From an uncultured Gemmatimonadales bacterium (GTDB taxonomy: Bacteria > Gemmatimonadota > Gemmatimonadetes > Gemmatimonadales > GWC2-71-9), in assembly GCA_963828735.1 (NCBI GenBank), contig CAWHFW010000005.1:704001-768000 (forward strand): 64,000 nt of DNA, in the 5' to 3' direction. The notes beneath the pieces are model-generated. The model saw nothing but the letters and a program-made list of their open reading frames with translations. It was not told the DNA's origin and did no database searches. The translations under genes and the position numbers were made by a program. How positions within the stretch are numbered: the first letter of the stretch is position 1; every line of letters starts with the position of its first letter. Shown piece after piece: positions 62,739 through 64,000 of this stretch.

Positions 62739-63649
62739 GCACGCCCCGGCTCCGCGCGCGCGCGGGCTTCACCCTGCTGGAGCTCATCCTGGCCCTCACC
62801 ATCGGGCTGGTGGTGCTCGCGACGTCGACGGCGCTGACCGCCGCCACGTGGCAAAGCGTGCGCGGCGCCACGCTTCGCGACGGCGTCACCCGGAACGCGC
62901 GCTACATCGCCGTGACGCTCCAGCGCGACGTGCAGGAGACCGGCGTCGACCTGTCGTCCTCCGTGGACTTCGGAGCGCTCGCCGTGTGGGCGGACACCAT
63001 CGCGATCCTGCGGGTGCCCTATGCGCCGACGGCTCCCGGCCAGTACCCGCTCAGCCAGAGCAACATTCCGAACGGCCAATGCGGTCCGGCCTGCCTCGAG
63101 ATCCAGACGGCGGGCGCCGTGCCCGAGCTGTCGGTCGGCGATCTGGCCCGCGTGCAGGTGAGCAACACACGTCGGCTCATCTACGTGACGGCGGTGGATC
63201 CGGTGCAGAACGGGTATCGGGTCCAGTTCGCCGACGTGCCGACGCTGCTGCAGCACGCCTCGGGCATTCAGGGCTTGGCGATCGCGCCGGCCAGCACGTT
63301 CATCCAGCGGCTCGGGGTGGTCATCTACTATCGGGATGCCACGGGACAACTGCTGCGGGCCACCCGGCTCAACCCGGACCTCACGCCCCAGGGCGAGGTC
63401 CTCGCCACGGGCGTCCAGGCGTTCACCGCCAGGCTCGTCTTCGTCGACGGCACCGAGGCCGCGCAAGCCGACAACGGCGCCGACGGGAACGCCGCCAACG
63501 ACTACGACGACATCGCCGCGTTGCGGGTGCAGGCTACGCTTCAGGGTGACCACACGGACCCGCGGGTGAACGGCGGCAATCCGATCCGACGCCAGCTGCA
63601 GTGGTGGTTCGCGCCGCGCAACCTGATCTACGAGCGGAATCGGGCGTAG
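62735..63649 (+). CDS. Prepilin (PilW-like)
   Basis: AGFTLLELILAL; C-terminal PRN. Confidence 0.82.
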   Translation: MSTPRLRARAGFTLLELILALTIGLVVLATSTALTAATWQSVRGATLRDGVTRNARYIAVTLQRDVQETGVDLSSSVDFGALAVWADTIAILRVPYAPTAPGQYPLSQSNIPNGQCGPACLEIQTAGAVPELSVGDLARVQVSNTRRLIYVTAVDPVQNGYRVQFADVPTLLQHASGIQGLAIAPASTFIQRLGVVIYYRDATGQLLRATRLNPDLTPQGEVLATGVQAFTARLVFVDGTEAAQADNGADGNAANDYDDIAALRVQATLQGDHTDPRVNGGNPIRRQLQWWFAPRNLIYERNRA

Positions 63650-63725
63650 GTCGATCGAGGGCCTTGGAATGATGCCAGCAGCCCCGGACGCGGGTTCCGC
63701 GTCCGGGGCTGTCGCGTTGTGGGAC

Positions 63726-64000
63726 TCAGCTCGGCGGCCGCGAGAGGCGGTCGATCGCCTCCTGCACCGCGGATCTCGCCTCCGGCGACCGAAGCGACGG
63801 CGCCGCCTCCTGCAGGAGGGCCAGCGCCGTATCGGCCTCGAGTTGGCTCTGGACCGCGTCGAGCGAATACTCCCGCACCCACGGGCGGTCGTCATCCAGC
63901 CCGGCCCGCAGTGCCTGGCGAGCGGTCGTGTCCCCTCGGTCGACGAGGGCCGCGAGCGCGAGCGACGGGAGGGGCTGGGACCCCGTGTGCGCCGCGAGCG
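63726..64000 (-). CDS. 3' end of a HEAT-repeat-like protein
   Basis: Manual translation ...LRAGLDDDRPWVREYSLDAV...RPPS*. Confidence 0.5.
   Translation of the reverse strand, partial: LAAHTGSQPLPSLALAALVDRGDTTARQALRAGLDDDRPWVREYSLDAVQSQLEADTALALLQEAAPSLRSPEARSAVQEAIDRLSRPPS

Noticed and set aside
30..63895. Many long overlapping ORFs in the track (e.g. 5659-7095, 37959-39347, 60179-61642)
   Set aside because: Shadow frames of real genes in high-GC DNA, with no recognisable motifs.

Overview
High-GC bacterial DNA. The style of the Hanks Ser/Thr kinases and hypothetical proteins suggests Gemmatimonadota (inference only). The window is organised around one tRNA-Lys(UUU) gene (50116-50188, minus strand), whose 3' half recurs at 16965-17008 and whose 5' half recurs at 55324-55361. 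Both fragments break at the anticodon loop. This defines a ~33 kb island (17.0-50.1 kb) and a ~5.1 kb element of opposite polarity (50.2-55.3 kb) that has a tyrosine-integrase remnant and matching arm-like motifs at its two ends. The 33 kb island holds four tRNA-Gln(CUG) 3'-end relics, an Mla/Pqi ABC operon, redox genes, a Kelch-tyrosinase fusion and a rearranged signalling region. That region has a beta-propeller/Y_Y_Y histidine kinase, a Ser/Thr kinase-REC-LuxR fusion, a four-gene HK/RR cascade, and a three-copy promoter module with TACGACTTT boxes upstream of conserved small ORFs (55 aa and 34 aa). Left of the island are accessory-looking genes (ArsR/SRPBCC/DUF899, DUF3300/DUF2950, Ca2+/H+ exchanger, Omp85 fusion) and a Cyc2-like cytochrome-porin divergent from a monoheme cytochrome c. 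Right of it are core-like genes: haloperoxidase/PAP2, bioD, FMN reductase and a type IV minor pilin cluster. Seven genes, including bioD, have single-base frameshifts, which may be assembly errors. No CRISPR array, rRNA or intact integrase/transposase was seen.
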